Source: the human T2T-CHM13v2.0 reference genome, Homo sapiens
Assembly: GCF_009914755.1 (NCBI RefSeq)
Contig: NC_060928.1
Strand: one strand, 5' to 3'
Length of the DNA stretch: 64,000 nucleotides
The translations under genes and the position numbers were made by a program. The notes under the pieces were generated by a model. It was given only the letters and a program-made list of their open reading frames with translations, made no database searches and had not been told where the DNA came from. This document shows positions 13,909 through 26,148 of the stretch, in pieces; position 1 is the first letter of the stretch; each line of letters opens with the position of its first letter.

Positions 13909-15179
13909 GTACAGGTAACTTTTTTCATACTAAATCTCAGGTGTTATTAATCATCTCAACTAAATCTTATTTTCTCTAACTTCTAGAATTGCCAAAATAT
14001 ATTTACTTTGAGCACTTTGTAATAGTGACATGAATTAAAATGAAAAAAGTTTTTCCCTGTTTCTATTTTTGGACTTTGAAAGGCCTTAATTAACTTTAAT
14101 TATTGGAGGTAGGACTTTATTTGCTTCCTTGTCATGCTAATCTCTAGAATCCGAAGTCTTTCTTACCAGGGAAGCTAGCTTTCCAGTGGTTCACATCTGA
14201 GTTTTCTGTTTTTTGTCTTGAATGGTTTAAAAAAGGAAAATACATCCATTTTCCTCTTATTTGTGGAGGATCAATGACCTTTCTTTTTTATTGCTAGCAA
14301 AATAATTTCTATGGTAACGTGCATTTTTTTAAAGCTAAATTACTTTTGTGTTTTTAGAAAAAGCTACGCAGCTTTGTTATTTTTAATGAAATACTGAAAT
14401 ATGTCTAGTAACATTTAAAGCTTGCTTTTCAGTAGTTCGTTTTTTAAAAAATTAGTTTGTTAAAGTACTCTCTTAAATGGAGTATGTCTTTCCTTCTGAA
14501 AGAAATTTTTTGTTAATGGTATCGATACCATTCTGTCTTACAACAAATGATAAATATGTAAACATAAGATAGGTATCAATTAATATTTGATATTAACTTT
14601 AATTTCTTTTGGGATCTTGCCTTTTGTAATGAACATCATTTATTGTTGTACTTTTGGGATGTGCTGATTATTCTCATAAAAAGAATGCTAAATAGGAGAC
14701 TCTTTTATATAGGAGAGTTTCATGAGTTATGTTTCTGATCTCTTTAGCCATAGACATCCCAACTCCAACACCCACCTTCCCAGAGTGTATGCCTGAATTT
14801 TATTTTGATAGCTGGTGGCTTCTTTTATTTGACGAAGTCTGTGGGCCATTATAGGCTATTAAATTTGGAAAGCAAATTTAAAGCAAAAACTGAAAATATC
14901 ATCTGAAAAATGACAAACTTTAGGTCAAAATTATAAAATTAGCAAAAGTAGTCTATCATGGTTAATATCGTCTGTTTAACTTGACTTGCTTTGACCATTT
15001 ATGTGTCTATTTGTCCTGTTCGAGGGCTACAAATCTGTTAAAATGCAACTACAACAGAGCATAATAAATGCTATGGTCAGGGAAGTATAGAGGTTTTATG
15101 GAGAGGTTTCTAGTGCTGGTAGAGTATTGTTGGCTTCCCCAGAGGAAGACATGTTTTATCCTGAGATTAGAATAAAAAT

Positions 15180-15420
15180 AACAATATAATCTAACAGTCA
15201 GAGGATACTTTTTCTGTGGTAGTCACAGCATTAATTACTTCACAAATGTGAATTCATTCTTTTCTTCCTATAGGCCTATGAGGTTGGTACTATTATTATC
15301 TTCATTTTACAAAGGGCAAGTAACTTGCCCAAAATCACACAGATAGTAAATGGTGGAGGCAGGATTTAAACCCAAGAAGTGGCTCTAGACTTGTGCTTTT
15401 AACTCACTCTGTGCTGTCTC
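15180..15420. mobile_element. MIR
   Basis: tactattattatcttcattttaca ... aagtaacttgcccaaaatcacacag ... aggatttaaaccca core. Confidence 0.7.
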
Positions 15421-16143
15421 TCCTCAATGAATTATGGAAGGAATGTTGTAGACAGATGGAGCAACATCTGTGATGGTCCAGAAGTTAAAGAATGCCTATT
15501 ATGTTTTAAAACTTCAGGTCCATGTGACTAGAGAATTGATGGGGAGAAGCAGGAGAAAAATCTGGGGAAAAATTAAGGGCTAGGTCATGTAAGGCTTTGC
15601 GTAAGCAATATTAAAAATTTTGTATTCTAAGGATTGTGGTGAACCACTAGTATTTTAAGTGGTTAGGTAAGTCTTATGTCTCAGATCACTGTTGTTTAGG
15701 AAATGGATTGGAGAGTAGTAAAAGCTTAGACAGGCATAATAGTTGGGAGACTTACAGTAGGGTTGGGAGACTTACAGATGATGGTAGTCTGAACAAGATA
15801 ATGACAGTGGATTTGGAAAGTAGTGATGAACTTGAGAGGTATTTAGAAATTAGTAACGGAGAAAAGGGAGTCAGGAATGTATCTTAAGTCTTTTGGTTTA
15901 GACAACTGGGTAGATGGTGATGACAGTATGAAGATAGAGAACAAGGAAGAGGAGAGATTTGTGTAATGATGAGTTCCCTTTTGGACATGTTGAGTTTGAG
16001 GAAACTGTGGAACATCAAGAGGAAATGTCTTTTAGCAGTTATATATATGAATCTGAAACTTAGAAAATAGCTGGGCTAGCTCATAGATGATAAACGAGGT
16101 TGTCAGGTTTTTTTTTTTTTGAGGTGATAATTAGGCAAGATGA

Positions 16144-16446
<303 letters not shown>

Positions 16447-16624
16447 TGAAGTTGCCAATTTTAAAATCCTGCCTCTACCATTTACTATCTGTGTGATAGC
16501 TGTAAGATCACCTACAGAGTCTATATAGAGTGACAGTATGCCCTACACAAAGCCCTGAGAAAGCAAACATTTAAAGGATGGGGAGAAGATATTACTAATG
16601 CTGAATATTTTGTCTTCATTTTAG

Positions 16625-16735
16625 AATGATGCTGAAACATTGCAGAAATGTCTTATTTTATGCTATGAACTGTTGAAGCAGATGTCCATTTCAACAGGCT
16701 TAAGTGCAACCATGAATGGAATCATCGAATCTTTG
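16625..16735 (+). CDS. NCAPG: NCAPG exon 12
   Basis: tttag|AATGAT ... TTG|gtatgt; NDAETLQKCLILCYELL...GIIESL. Confidence 0.96.
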
Positions 16736-17204
16736 GTATGTTGATGGCCTCTTGGGCTTTATTTTAGTCCACTCCTTTCTTATTTTGTAAGTGATATGTT
16801 CTTTAGAAATCAAAATAATGAAAAGATTACTGTCTTAAATATCTGATAAGTATAAATGATAAAATATATATATATAGCAGCTACTTCATATTGTGAGGAT
16901 TAAATAAGATGTCTGTAAAGGACCTGATATGTAAATTACAGTCTTTTACATATTTTAAAAAATGATTTTATACTGGAAAGAGATACAGAATATCTTCATT
17001 TTTTGAATAGTAAGAGAGGAGATACTGAAACATACCAAGAATATTTAAGTACTGGAATTGTGCTACGTAATGAGACTGAGACAATCACATTTTATGCCCT
17101 GGGAAAGGAATTTATTTATTATATTTAAAGGGCTTTTAAAATAACCCTTTGTAGGTAATTCCCATAGGGACACAAGTACTGTAAGACTCTAGAACATTAC
17201 TTTC

Positions 17205-17522
17205 TGATAAGGAATATAGTGCAAACCATATGTAACTTTACATTTTTTAGTAGCCACATTAAAAAAAGTGGCTTTTTTTTAAAGCCACTGTTTTAAAAAA
17301 AAAAAAGAGGATAATTTTAGTATATTGAATATATCCAACTGTATTATTTGGATATGTCCAATATATCCAAAATATTAATCATTTCATTATTTACTCACTA
17401 TTAAAACTGTTGCAATGTTTTACATTCTGTTTTGCATACTAAGTCTTATAGCGCATCTTAAACTGGACTAGTCACATTTCAGGTGTTCAGTAGCCACATG
17501 AGGCTAATGGCTACAGTATTAG
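17205..17522. mobile_element. MER3-like hAT MITE
   Basis: tagtagccacattaaaaaaagt ... tagccacatgaggctaatggctac. Confidence 0.6.
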
Positions 17523-18459
17523 TGCGCTGTTTTGTTGTTGTTGTTGTTTTTGATAGTACTACTCATTCAAAGCAAATTCTGTATGTAGCCAGGTTCTTAC
17601 AGAAGTCTCTCAAAACTGTATTTACTTGGTATTAGTGAGAAATAGCCAATGAATGTAATCTGAAGTCTAATTCCTTGGGTTGTCATGAGTTCCTGAATGT
17701 AGTAAAGAAAACCAATTTTAATAGTTTAGAGCTTCTGGAGAAATACTGTTTTGTACTCAACCATTAGAATTTAGCTTTATTTTTGGAAAAGCAGTTATCT
17801 TTAGTGAAAAGTGATGCTTAATTTGTGCTTGGGCATTTTATGTCTGGTCCTACAAAATTGAAGTAGTAAATACGAAGACTGTATATATGTGGGAAAGGAT
17901 ATACAGTGTTATGTGAAGAATAAACACAAAATTGAATGATCATAATGATTTTAAATGTATAAAAATCTGGTTAAAGATTGAAAGAGATTAGTAGAGGAAT
18001 ATAAAAGATGTTTGGATAAAAGTTATATTTTTATGAAGTTACTGTGTTTTAAATAAAAGATTTAATTATTCATTGGGAAAATACAAATTATTCATTGAGC
18101 AAATATTTACTGAACATCTATTACATACTAAGTGCTGGGATGGTACATGGTATACAAAATAGATATAGATTGCCCACGTTGATCTGGTCAAGTGAGAGGA
18201 GCATCGATTAAGTAAAGAAATAAGTGAAACTTTGTGCTATTAGTGCTTGCTATGAAGAAGAGCTATATGGCCGTATGTGAACTTATAATAGCAGGATTTG
18301 AACTATTCATGGAAGGTGACCCTGGTCTGATATTTGAGTAGACATTACATGTATGAAAAAGTGAGAGAAGATTGTTTAATATGGTAGCTGTCAGCCACAC
18401 ATGGCTTTTAAAAACTAGACCAAAATGAGATATGCTGTAAGGATTAAAAACATGTTGGG

Positions 18460-18780
<321 letters not shown>

Positions 18781-19343
18781 TCAAAGACTAGTACAAAGAA
18801 CAGAAGGTAACTTATCTTGTTAATAGTATTTATATTGATTAAATACTACAGATACGATGTTTTGGTTATATTGAGTTAAATATATTAAGACTAGTTTCAC
18901 TTTTTTTTTTTTTTTTACTTCAATGTGGTGGCTACTAGAAAATTTAACATGACATATGTGGTACCCATTTGTGACTTCTATTATATTTCTGTTGGATAGC
19001 ATTGAATCCAAGCCAGACTAGTTGAACAAACTGAGCAAGAGGTAGCATGGTATAAGAAGATTGGGAAAGAAACTACACAATAGGGAATAGTATATATCAT
19101 GTTAAGGAGTTTTATCTTGTTCTGTGAGCATTGGGAAACCATTGAGTCCCTTTTAGCAGGTGGAGGGGAGGTATCATGGTCAGACCCTATTTCAGGAAGG
19201 TCACTCTGGCTATATTGTTCTGTTTTAGCAATTTAATACTTACCTTTTCTTTAAAAGTGAAAAATGACACCTTTGAGGTAATAGACAATAGGGAAATGAA
19301 GTAGATCTATGAAATCATATGGAAAATTTCTGATTCATTTTAG

Positions 19344-19463
19344 ATTCTTCCTGGAATAATAAGTATTCATCCTGTTGTAAGAAACCTGGCTGTTTTATGC
19401 TTGGGATGCTGTGGACTACAGAATCAGGATTTTGCAAGGAAACACTTCGTATTACTATTGCAG
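19344..19463 (+). CDS. NCAPG: NCAPG exon 13
   Basis: tttag|ATTCTT ... CAG|gtagga; ILPGIISIHPVVRNLAVLCLGCC...VLLLQ. Confidence 0.96.
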
Positions 19464-19679
19464 GTAGGATTTATCTTGTGATAAATCTCAACTGTATTTC
19501 CTGAAATACTCTGTGGCGATAATGCTAATACTCTGAATTTATCTATTCTGATTCTTATTGATGATGATTATTATGGATAATCTTTGGAGACACAATACTT
19601 TTATCTTTTGATTTCTTATTAAAATGTCTTTGTAGAAAAAGATGAAACGCCAATTATGTAAGATATTCTTTTAATTATT

Positions 19680-21250
19680 CACATAGCAAATACTTATTGA
19701 GTGCGTATTATGTGCCAGCAACTGTTCTAGACTTAGAAGAAATAAAGTAGGTAGGTAGTGAATAAAACAAGATAAAATGTGTTGTCTTAATGGAGCTTAC
19801 ATTCTAGAAGGGGAAACACACAGTGAAAAATAAGTATACAATGTATCAGATAGAGAAAAATAAAGCAGAGAAGGGGATTAAGCAGTGGGAAGGAGGAGAG
19901 GGAACTGTTTGGTTGAGAAAGACCTCACTAATAAGTTGACATTTGAGCAAATACCAGAAGGAAGTACAAGAGCGAACCACGTGGTTATTTGGGTTTCCAA
20001 GGAGAGGCAAGAATAAGGGAATAGGCACTGGGGTGTAGGACTTTGGGTGTGTTCAAGGAATAAGAGAACACATGGCTAGGAAAGATTGAGCAAAGGGAAG
20101 AATAATAGGAAAAAGGGTTTGCTGGCAGCAGGATGTCCATGTCTTCTAGGACCTTATAGACTGTAAAGATGTCAGTTTTCACTATAAATGAGATGGAAAG
20201 GAATTCGAGGGCTTTGAGTAGAAGATTGTTATGATCTGACTGGGCATAAAGTGGTGTAGACCAGGGAGGGTTTGGCAAACCTTTTGTGTACAGGGCCAGA
20301 GAGTAAATATTTTTAGATTTTTGTGGGCCATATGATCTGTCTGAACTCCTCAGCTTTGCTTTTGTAGTGTGAAGACAGCTGTAGATAATACATAAATGAA
20401 TTAGTATGGCTGTAGTCCAGTAAAACTTTATGGACACTGAAATTTGAATTTCATGTAATTTTCACATGTAATACATTTTTTTAAACCATTTGAAAATGCA
20501 AAACTTCCTAACTTGCAGGCTATGCAAAAACAGGTGGTTGAATGGATTTGAGCTGTTTGCAGATCCCTAGTATTAAGTAGGGGTACAAGTATGGAAGCAG
20601 GGATACTAATAAGGAGGGTATTTGATAATCTAGGAAAGCGATGGCGATGGTTTGGACGAGGGTTGTGGTTACTGAGGTTGTGAGCAGGATGGTAATCTAA
20701 GTTTGAAAATAAAGTCTAAGATTTGCTAATGAATCTGACATGGTATGTGAGAGAAAGGTGGAGGATAATTTAAAGATTTGCGCCAGAATAACTGGATGGA
20801 TGAATTTGCGTTTTCCTATGATGGGGAAAGCAGAGGAGCAGGTTTTGTAGCAGATAGGATGAAATAAGGAGTTCAATATTGGGCATGATAAGTTTACAGT
20901 TTAAGGTACAAGTGGATATATTGAATAGGCATTTATATATGAGTTTGGAGTATAGGGGAGAGGTCCAAGATGGTGAGATGGAAGTCTTTATTCTTTTGGT
21001 AGTATCTGATAGTATGCAACGCTTAGAGATAGGATGTTGCCTGAGGAATGAGTATAGACTGAATGAGTGTAGGGTCAACTTTATAGGACCCTAAGCCTCA
21101 GATAAAGGTAGGGGAGATGAAGAGGAACCAGTAGGGGCTAAGGTGAATTGGACAGTAAAAGAGGAATGGTGTGATTTCCTGGAAAGCAAGTGAAGATAAT
21201 ATTTTAAAGATGATAGAATGACCCAGCTGTCCCGTGTTGCTTCATAATGG
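19680..21250 (-). mobile_element. L2 fragments interrupted by a MER58B-like MITE (~20262-20570)
   Basis: caaatacttattgagtgc...tgtgccagca L2 3' motif and purine-rich L2 body; ggcaaaccttttgt...aaaactttatggacactgaaatttgaatttcat. Confidence 0.6.
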
Positions 21251-21450
21251 ACCATTCTGGATTTATAATGGACCATTTCTGGCAATCAGGAACTGCTCTT
21301 GAAATTTCTTTAAAAGTTTTGAAAAATTGAGCCATTTTTCTCAATTCATTATTTACAGGTGATATTTATTTGTTCTAAAAGCCAAGTTATAGAGCCAAGT
21401 TATTTTACCAATTACCTAAATTTAATTACATTAAAGAATATAGTAAATTG

Positions 21451-21817
21451 GCACACACCCGTAATCCCAGCACTTTGGGAGGCTGAGGCAGGTTGATCAT
21501 GAGATCAGGAGTTTGAGACCAGGTTGACCAATGTGGTGAAACCCCCATCTCTACTAAAAATACAAAAATTAGCCAGGCATGGTGGTATGTGCCTGTAATC
21601 CCAGCTACTCAGGAGGCTGAGGCAGGAGAAACCCCCATCTACTAAAAATACAAAAATTAACCAGGCGTGGTGGTATGTGCCTGTAATCCCAGCTGCTCAG
21701 GAGGCTGAGGCAGGAGAATCGCTTGAACCCAGGAGGTGGAGGTTGCAGTGAGCTGAGATTGCGCTATTATGCTCCAGGCTGGGCAACAGAGTGACACTCC
21801 ATCTCAAAAAAAAAAAA
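21451..21817 (+). mobile_element. AluS with internal ~90 bp tandem duplication
   Basis: Linker plus start of the right arm present twice; tail followed by (TA)n and (GTT)n. Confidence 0.9.
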
Positions 21818-21861
21818 TATATATATATATTTTTGTTGTTGTTGTTGTTGTTGTTGTTATA

Positions 21862-21972
21862 TATATCTTATTTTTCCTACTGGATTTTAAATTTGGATAG
21901 ACATTTTTATTTTACTTTTTTAATATCTTAATTAAATCCTAACTTTCACTATCATACTTAATTTCTCACTAT
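21862..21972 (+). repeat. ~110 bp direct repeat, copy 1
   Basis: Near-identical to 23139-23250. Confidence 0.92.
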
Positions 21973-22645
21973 ATATATATATTTTTTGTAATATAAATAC
22001 TGAGCTCTGTATTTTTTTCATGGCTTTGAAATTTGGTGGGCATTTTTAAACTTAAGATAGACTCATACAAAGTGCTGTGTTTCGTGATTTACGTCTTTTC
22101 ATAAAGGAGTCTAGTTGAAAACTGAGTTTACTGTTAAGGAATTCTAAATTCATTGAGCTAATGAGAGAAAAATGAAACTTGATAACCTAGAAGAATACTG
22201 TTCTAATGAATGCCTTTCATTGCTTAGAATGTAATGTTTTTCTCTTGACAGATGGGCTAGAACACTTTCAACATAATTGAACAGTTTTTCTGGATCTTAA
22301 AAAAATAAAATCATAGTTGAAGGCATTGTTGATTCTTTTTTAAATAAAAGGAACAAATAATATAATTCAGCCTGACTCCAACTCCAGAAATTTTTATTGA
22401 CTGTGAAGATTAACTTTGTCTTAAAGTATATAGCTCTATTATATGTTATGGTTCAAATAAATAAAAATAACATTTTTTTAAATTGAAATTTTAACTGTAT
22501 TTTTGAAAAGTGATGTTTTCTTTAGACTAGACACTGTCATTAAAATTTGACTAAGAAAAAAACAAGATACATATTAATTTTATGTAAACAGAAACAAAAC
22601 AGTTTACTGAATTTACTTTTTTTGGTGGGGAATATCTTGATTTAG

Positions 22646-22870
22646 GTTTTGCAAATTGATGATGTCACAATAAAAATAAGTGCTTTAAAGGCAATCTTTG
22701 ACCAACTGATGACGTTCGGGATTGAACCATTTAAAACTAAAAAAATCAAAACACTTCATTGTGAAGGTACAGAAATAAACAGTGATGATGAGCAAGAATC
22801 AAAAGAAGTTGAAGAGACTGCTACAGCTAAGAATGTTCTGAAACTCCTTTCTGATTTCTTAGATAGTGAG
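22646..22870 (+). CDS. NCAPG: NCAPG exon 14
   Basis: tttag|GTTTTG ... GAG|gtaaga; VLQIDDVTIK...SDFLDSE; 225 nt, symmetric phase 0. Confidence 0.96.
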
Positions 22871-22924
22871 GTAAGAAATAATCCAGTCCTGTGATTATGA
22901 AATGTCATTTTCAGCATGTATTTG

Positions 22925-23130
22925 TTTATTATTATTATTTTTTAAATTTATTATAGTTTAAGTCCTGTGATACATGTGCAGAACATACAGGTTTGTTACA
23001 TAGGTATACATGTGCCATGGTGGTTTGCTGCACCCATCAACCCATCTACATTAGGTATTTCTCCTAACGCTATCCCTCCCCTACCCCCCTATCCCCTGAT
23101 AGGTCCCAGTGTGTGATGTTCCTCTCCCCT
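22925..23130 (-). mobile_element. L1PA 3'-end fragment
   Basis: atacatgtgcagaacatacaggtttgttacatagg...ttaggtatttctcctaacgctatccctccc. Confidence 0.85.
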
Positions 23131-23138
23131 ATGCTCTT

Positions 23139-23250
23139 TATATCTTATTTTTCCTACTGGATTTTAAATTTGGATAGACATTTTTTATTTTACTTTTTAA
23201 ATATCTTAATTAAATCCTAACTTTCACTATCATACCTAATTTCTCACTAT
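23139..23250 (+). repeat. ~110 bp direct repeat, copy 2
   Basis: Near-identical to 21862-21972. Confidence 0.92.
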
Positions 23251-23559
23251 CAAATTGTATATGCAAAGAAATGAAGTATAAACAAAAATGAAGTGATTAA
23301 AGTGGGTTGTTATTTTTTATTTCTTTATGTTGTATTTGTGATATAGAGACTCTAAGATTTATCCCCAAGACTTTTAAGAAATAGTTTAGAATAATTTTAT
23401 ATTGGGTGGGTAGAAGATGTAAGATAGGGTATGGGATTGGATCTCTTTTAAGTACTCTTGAACTACTATTTTTGTAGCACACATGTAAACCAACTGATTA
23501 AAAATTTTTTATACTGATTGTAGTTTTTCATTGAGTTAGAAGTGATATAACAAAACTTA

Positions 23560-23838
23560 ATTTTATTTTTTTGAGATAGGGTCTTGCTCTGTCATCAGGC
23601 TGGAGTGCAGTGGCGTGATCATAGTCCACTGACCCCTCACCTGCTGGGTTCAAGCAATCCTCCTGAATAGCTGGAATGACAGGCATGTGCCACCATGCCC
23701 GCTGATTTTTAAATTTTTTGTAGAGACAGGGTCTCGCTCTGTTGCCCAGGCTGGTCTTGAACTCCTGGCCTCAAGTGATCCTCCTGCCTCAGCCTCCCAG
23801 AGTGCTGGGATTACAAGTGTGAGCCCTCGTGCCTGGCC
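23560..23838 (-). mobile_element. AluJ
   Basis: Antisense Alu with J-type gagacagggtctcgctctgttgccc. Confidence 0.88.
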
Positions 23839-23839
23839 C

Positions 23840-25005
23840 AAACTAATACTGTTAATGTGAACAATTCATTGGCATTTAGTACATTCAAAATGAAAGGCAA
23901 CTACCACCTTTATCATCTAATTTAAAACATTGTCATCATCCCAAAAGGAAACTACTCATTAAGCAGTTGCTCCTCATTCCCCCTTCTGCCAGCCCTGACA
24001 GCAACCAATCCGCAGTCTGTTTCTATGGATTTAACTGTTCTGGATATTTTGTGTAAGTGGAATCATACAGTATGTGACCTCTGTTTAGCTTTTTAAATTT
24101 AGCATAACATTTTCGAGATTCATCCACATGGTATCTTGTATCAGTACTCCGTTCCTTTTTGTAGCCGAATACTCCATTTTATGTATATATGGTGATTTGT
24201 TTATGCATTCATCCATTGAAGGACAGTTGGGCTGTTTCTACCTTTTGGCTATTGTGAATAGTGCTGCTTACTATGAACATGGCATGTATATGTATTTGTT
24301 TGAGTAGCTGTTTCAATTCTTTTGGGTATCTGTATACCTAGGAATTGTGTTGCTCAGTCATTTAACTTTTTGGGAACTTGACAAACTGTTTTCCACAGTG
24401 ATTGAACCATTTTAAATTTCCATCTTCAGTGTAGAAGGTTTTCCATTTCTCCACATCCTTATTGACACTTAGGTTCCATTTTTTAAAACATTATAGCTAT
24501 CCTAGTATATATGAAGTGCTACTTCATTGTGGTTTTGATTTGCATTTCCTTAATGACTAGTGATGTTGAGTATCTTTTCATCTGCTTCTTGGCCATTTGT
24601 ATATTTTGTTTGGATAAATGTCTGTTCAAGTCCTTTGCCCATTTTTAAGTTGGGTTGGTTGTCTTTATAGAGTTCTTTATATAGTTTGGGTAGTAGATCC
24701 TTATCAGGTATAATTTGTAACTTTTATTTTACAGGTTGTCTTTTTACTTTCTTGTTAATATACTTAGATGTATTAAACATTTTTAATTTTGGAGATACAC
24801 TCATTTTTTTCTTTTGTTGCTTCTGCTTTTGGTGTCCTATCTAAGAATCCAGTGCTAAGTCTAAGTCATGAAGATTTATCCCTGTTTTCTTCTGAGAGTT
24901 TTCTGGCTTTAGCTTTTATATTTAGGCTGTTGATGCATTTTCAGTTAATATTTGTATATGGTCTAAGGTCCAGCTTCATTGTTTTGCCTGTGTACATCCA
25001 GTTGT
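23840..25005 (-). mobile_element. Old L1M (MA/MB) 3' region
   Basis: gtggttttgatttgcatttcc...tgatgttgagtatcttttcat antisense ORF2 end and 3' UTR. Confidence 0.75.
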
Positions 25006-25505
25006 CTTTTCCTTTGTCTTCTCTAGACTTTTGTTTACTTTTTCTAGGAATGCCTTCTGCTTCAACACCTTCTGTTCACATTCTATCCATTATTCAGACA
25101 AATTGCACTCCTACATATGGAGCTTTTGCTTATAGATAGGCACCTTCCTCTAATACCAGGGGCCAGGGTTTTCTATGTCTTAGAAACCCTAAGCATTTAA
25201 ATATATGTTTTGCTCTTTTTTTCCAACAGTTATAAAAGGCCTTTTGGTTCTTCTAAAAAGTTTTAAGATAATTGAATTTTTCATGGCTAGACTAAGCATT
25301 TGTCTAGTCTCCTAGTCTTTTAGATTTGTCTAAAATTGTTATTCTAGCTTTGAAGAAACAGTCTTTTTATTTGCCTTTAAAGAATTTGTAATAACTCGAA
25401 TGGTTTTTGGATGGTTCGTGTAAAAATACTGTAGGACAGGCTACATTGAGAGGCTTAAAAAGGAGATACAAATAAATTTCTTCTAATGAATGTCATCTTT
25501 GTTAG

Positions 25506-25687
25506 GTATCTGAACTTAGGACTGGAGCTGCAGAAGGACTAGCCAAGCTGATGTTCTCTGGGCTTTTGGTCAGCAGCAGGATTCTTTCTCGTCTTATTTT
25601 GTTATGGTACAATCCTGTGACTGAAGAGGATGTTCAACTTCGACATTGCCTAGGCGTGTTCTTCCCCGTGTTTGCTTATGCAAGCAG
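25506..25687 (+). CDS. NCAPG: NCAPG exon 15
   Basis: gttag|GTATCT ... GCAG|gtattg; VSELRTGAAEGLAKLMF...VFAYASR. Confidence 0.96.
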
Positions 25688-25973
25688 GTATTGAGTCATA
25701 CTGATAAATCAAAAATCTGACTTGACATCAAATTCAAGTCCCCCATGAATTATATCTATAATGATATTTTGTTGTTGATACTTTTTCTGTCTTTAGTAGA
25801 TAAATGATGAAATGACAAGAACGATACAGATTTTATCTATCTGAATTTTTGGCTCTTTCCTAGATGAAAATGCACTTAATGAGTGAATTTCCTACATAGT
25901 AGTTTTGAATTTCATACTTTTTCTCTCATCAAATAATGTTCTGCCAACATACTTTGAATTTGTTTCTCAATAG

Positions 25974-26148
25974 GACTAATCAGGAATGCTTTGAAGAAGC
26001 TTTTCTTCCAACCCTGCAAACACTGGCCAATGCCCCTGCATCTTCTCCTTTAGCTGAAATTGATATCACAAATGTTGCTGAGTTACTTGTAGATTTGACA
26101 AGACCAAGTGGATTAAATCCTCAGGCCAAGACTTCCCAAGATTATCAG
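25974..26148 (+). CDS. NCAPG: NCAPG exon 16
   Basis: aatag|GACTAA ... CAG|gtgagt; TNQECFEEAFLPT...SQDYQ. Confidence 0.96.

Noticed and set aside
25501-25515. AG|GTATCT at the start of exon 15 as a U12 donor or recursive splice site
   Set aside because: It does not match the U12 consensus GTATCCTT and simply encodes Val-Ser.
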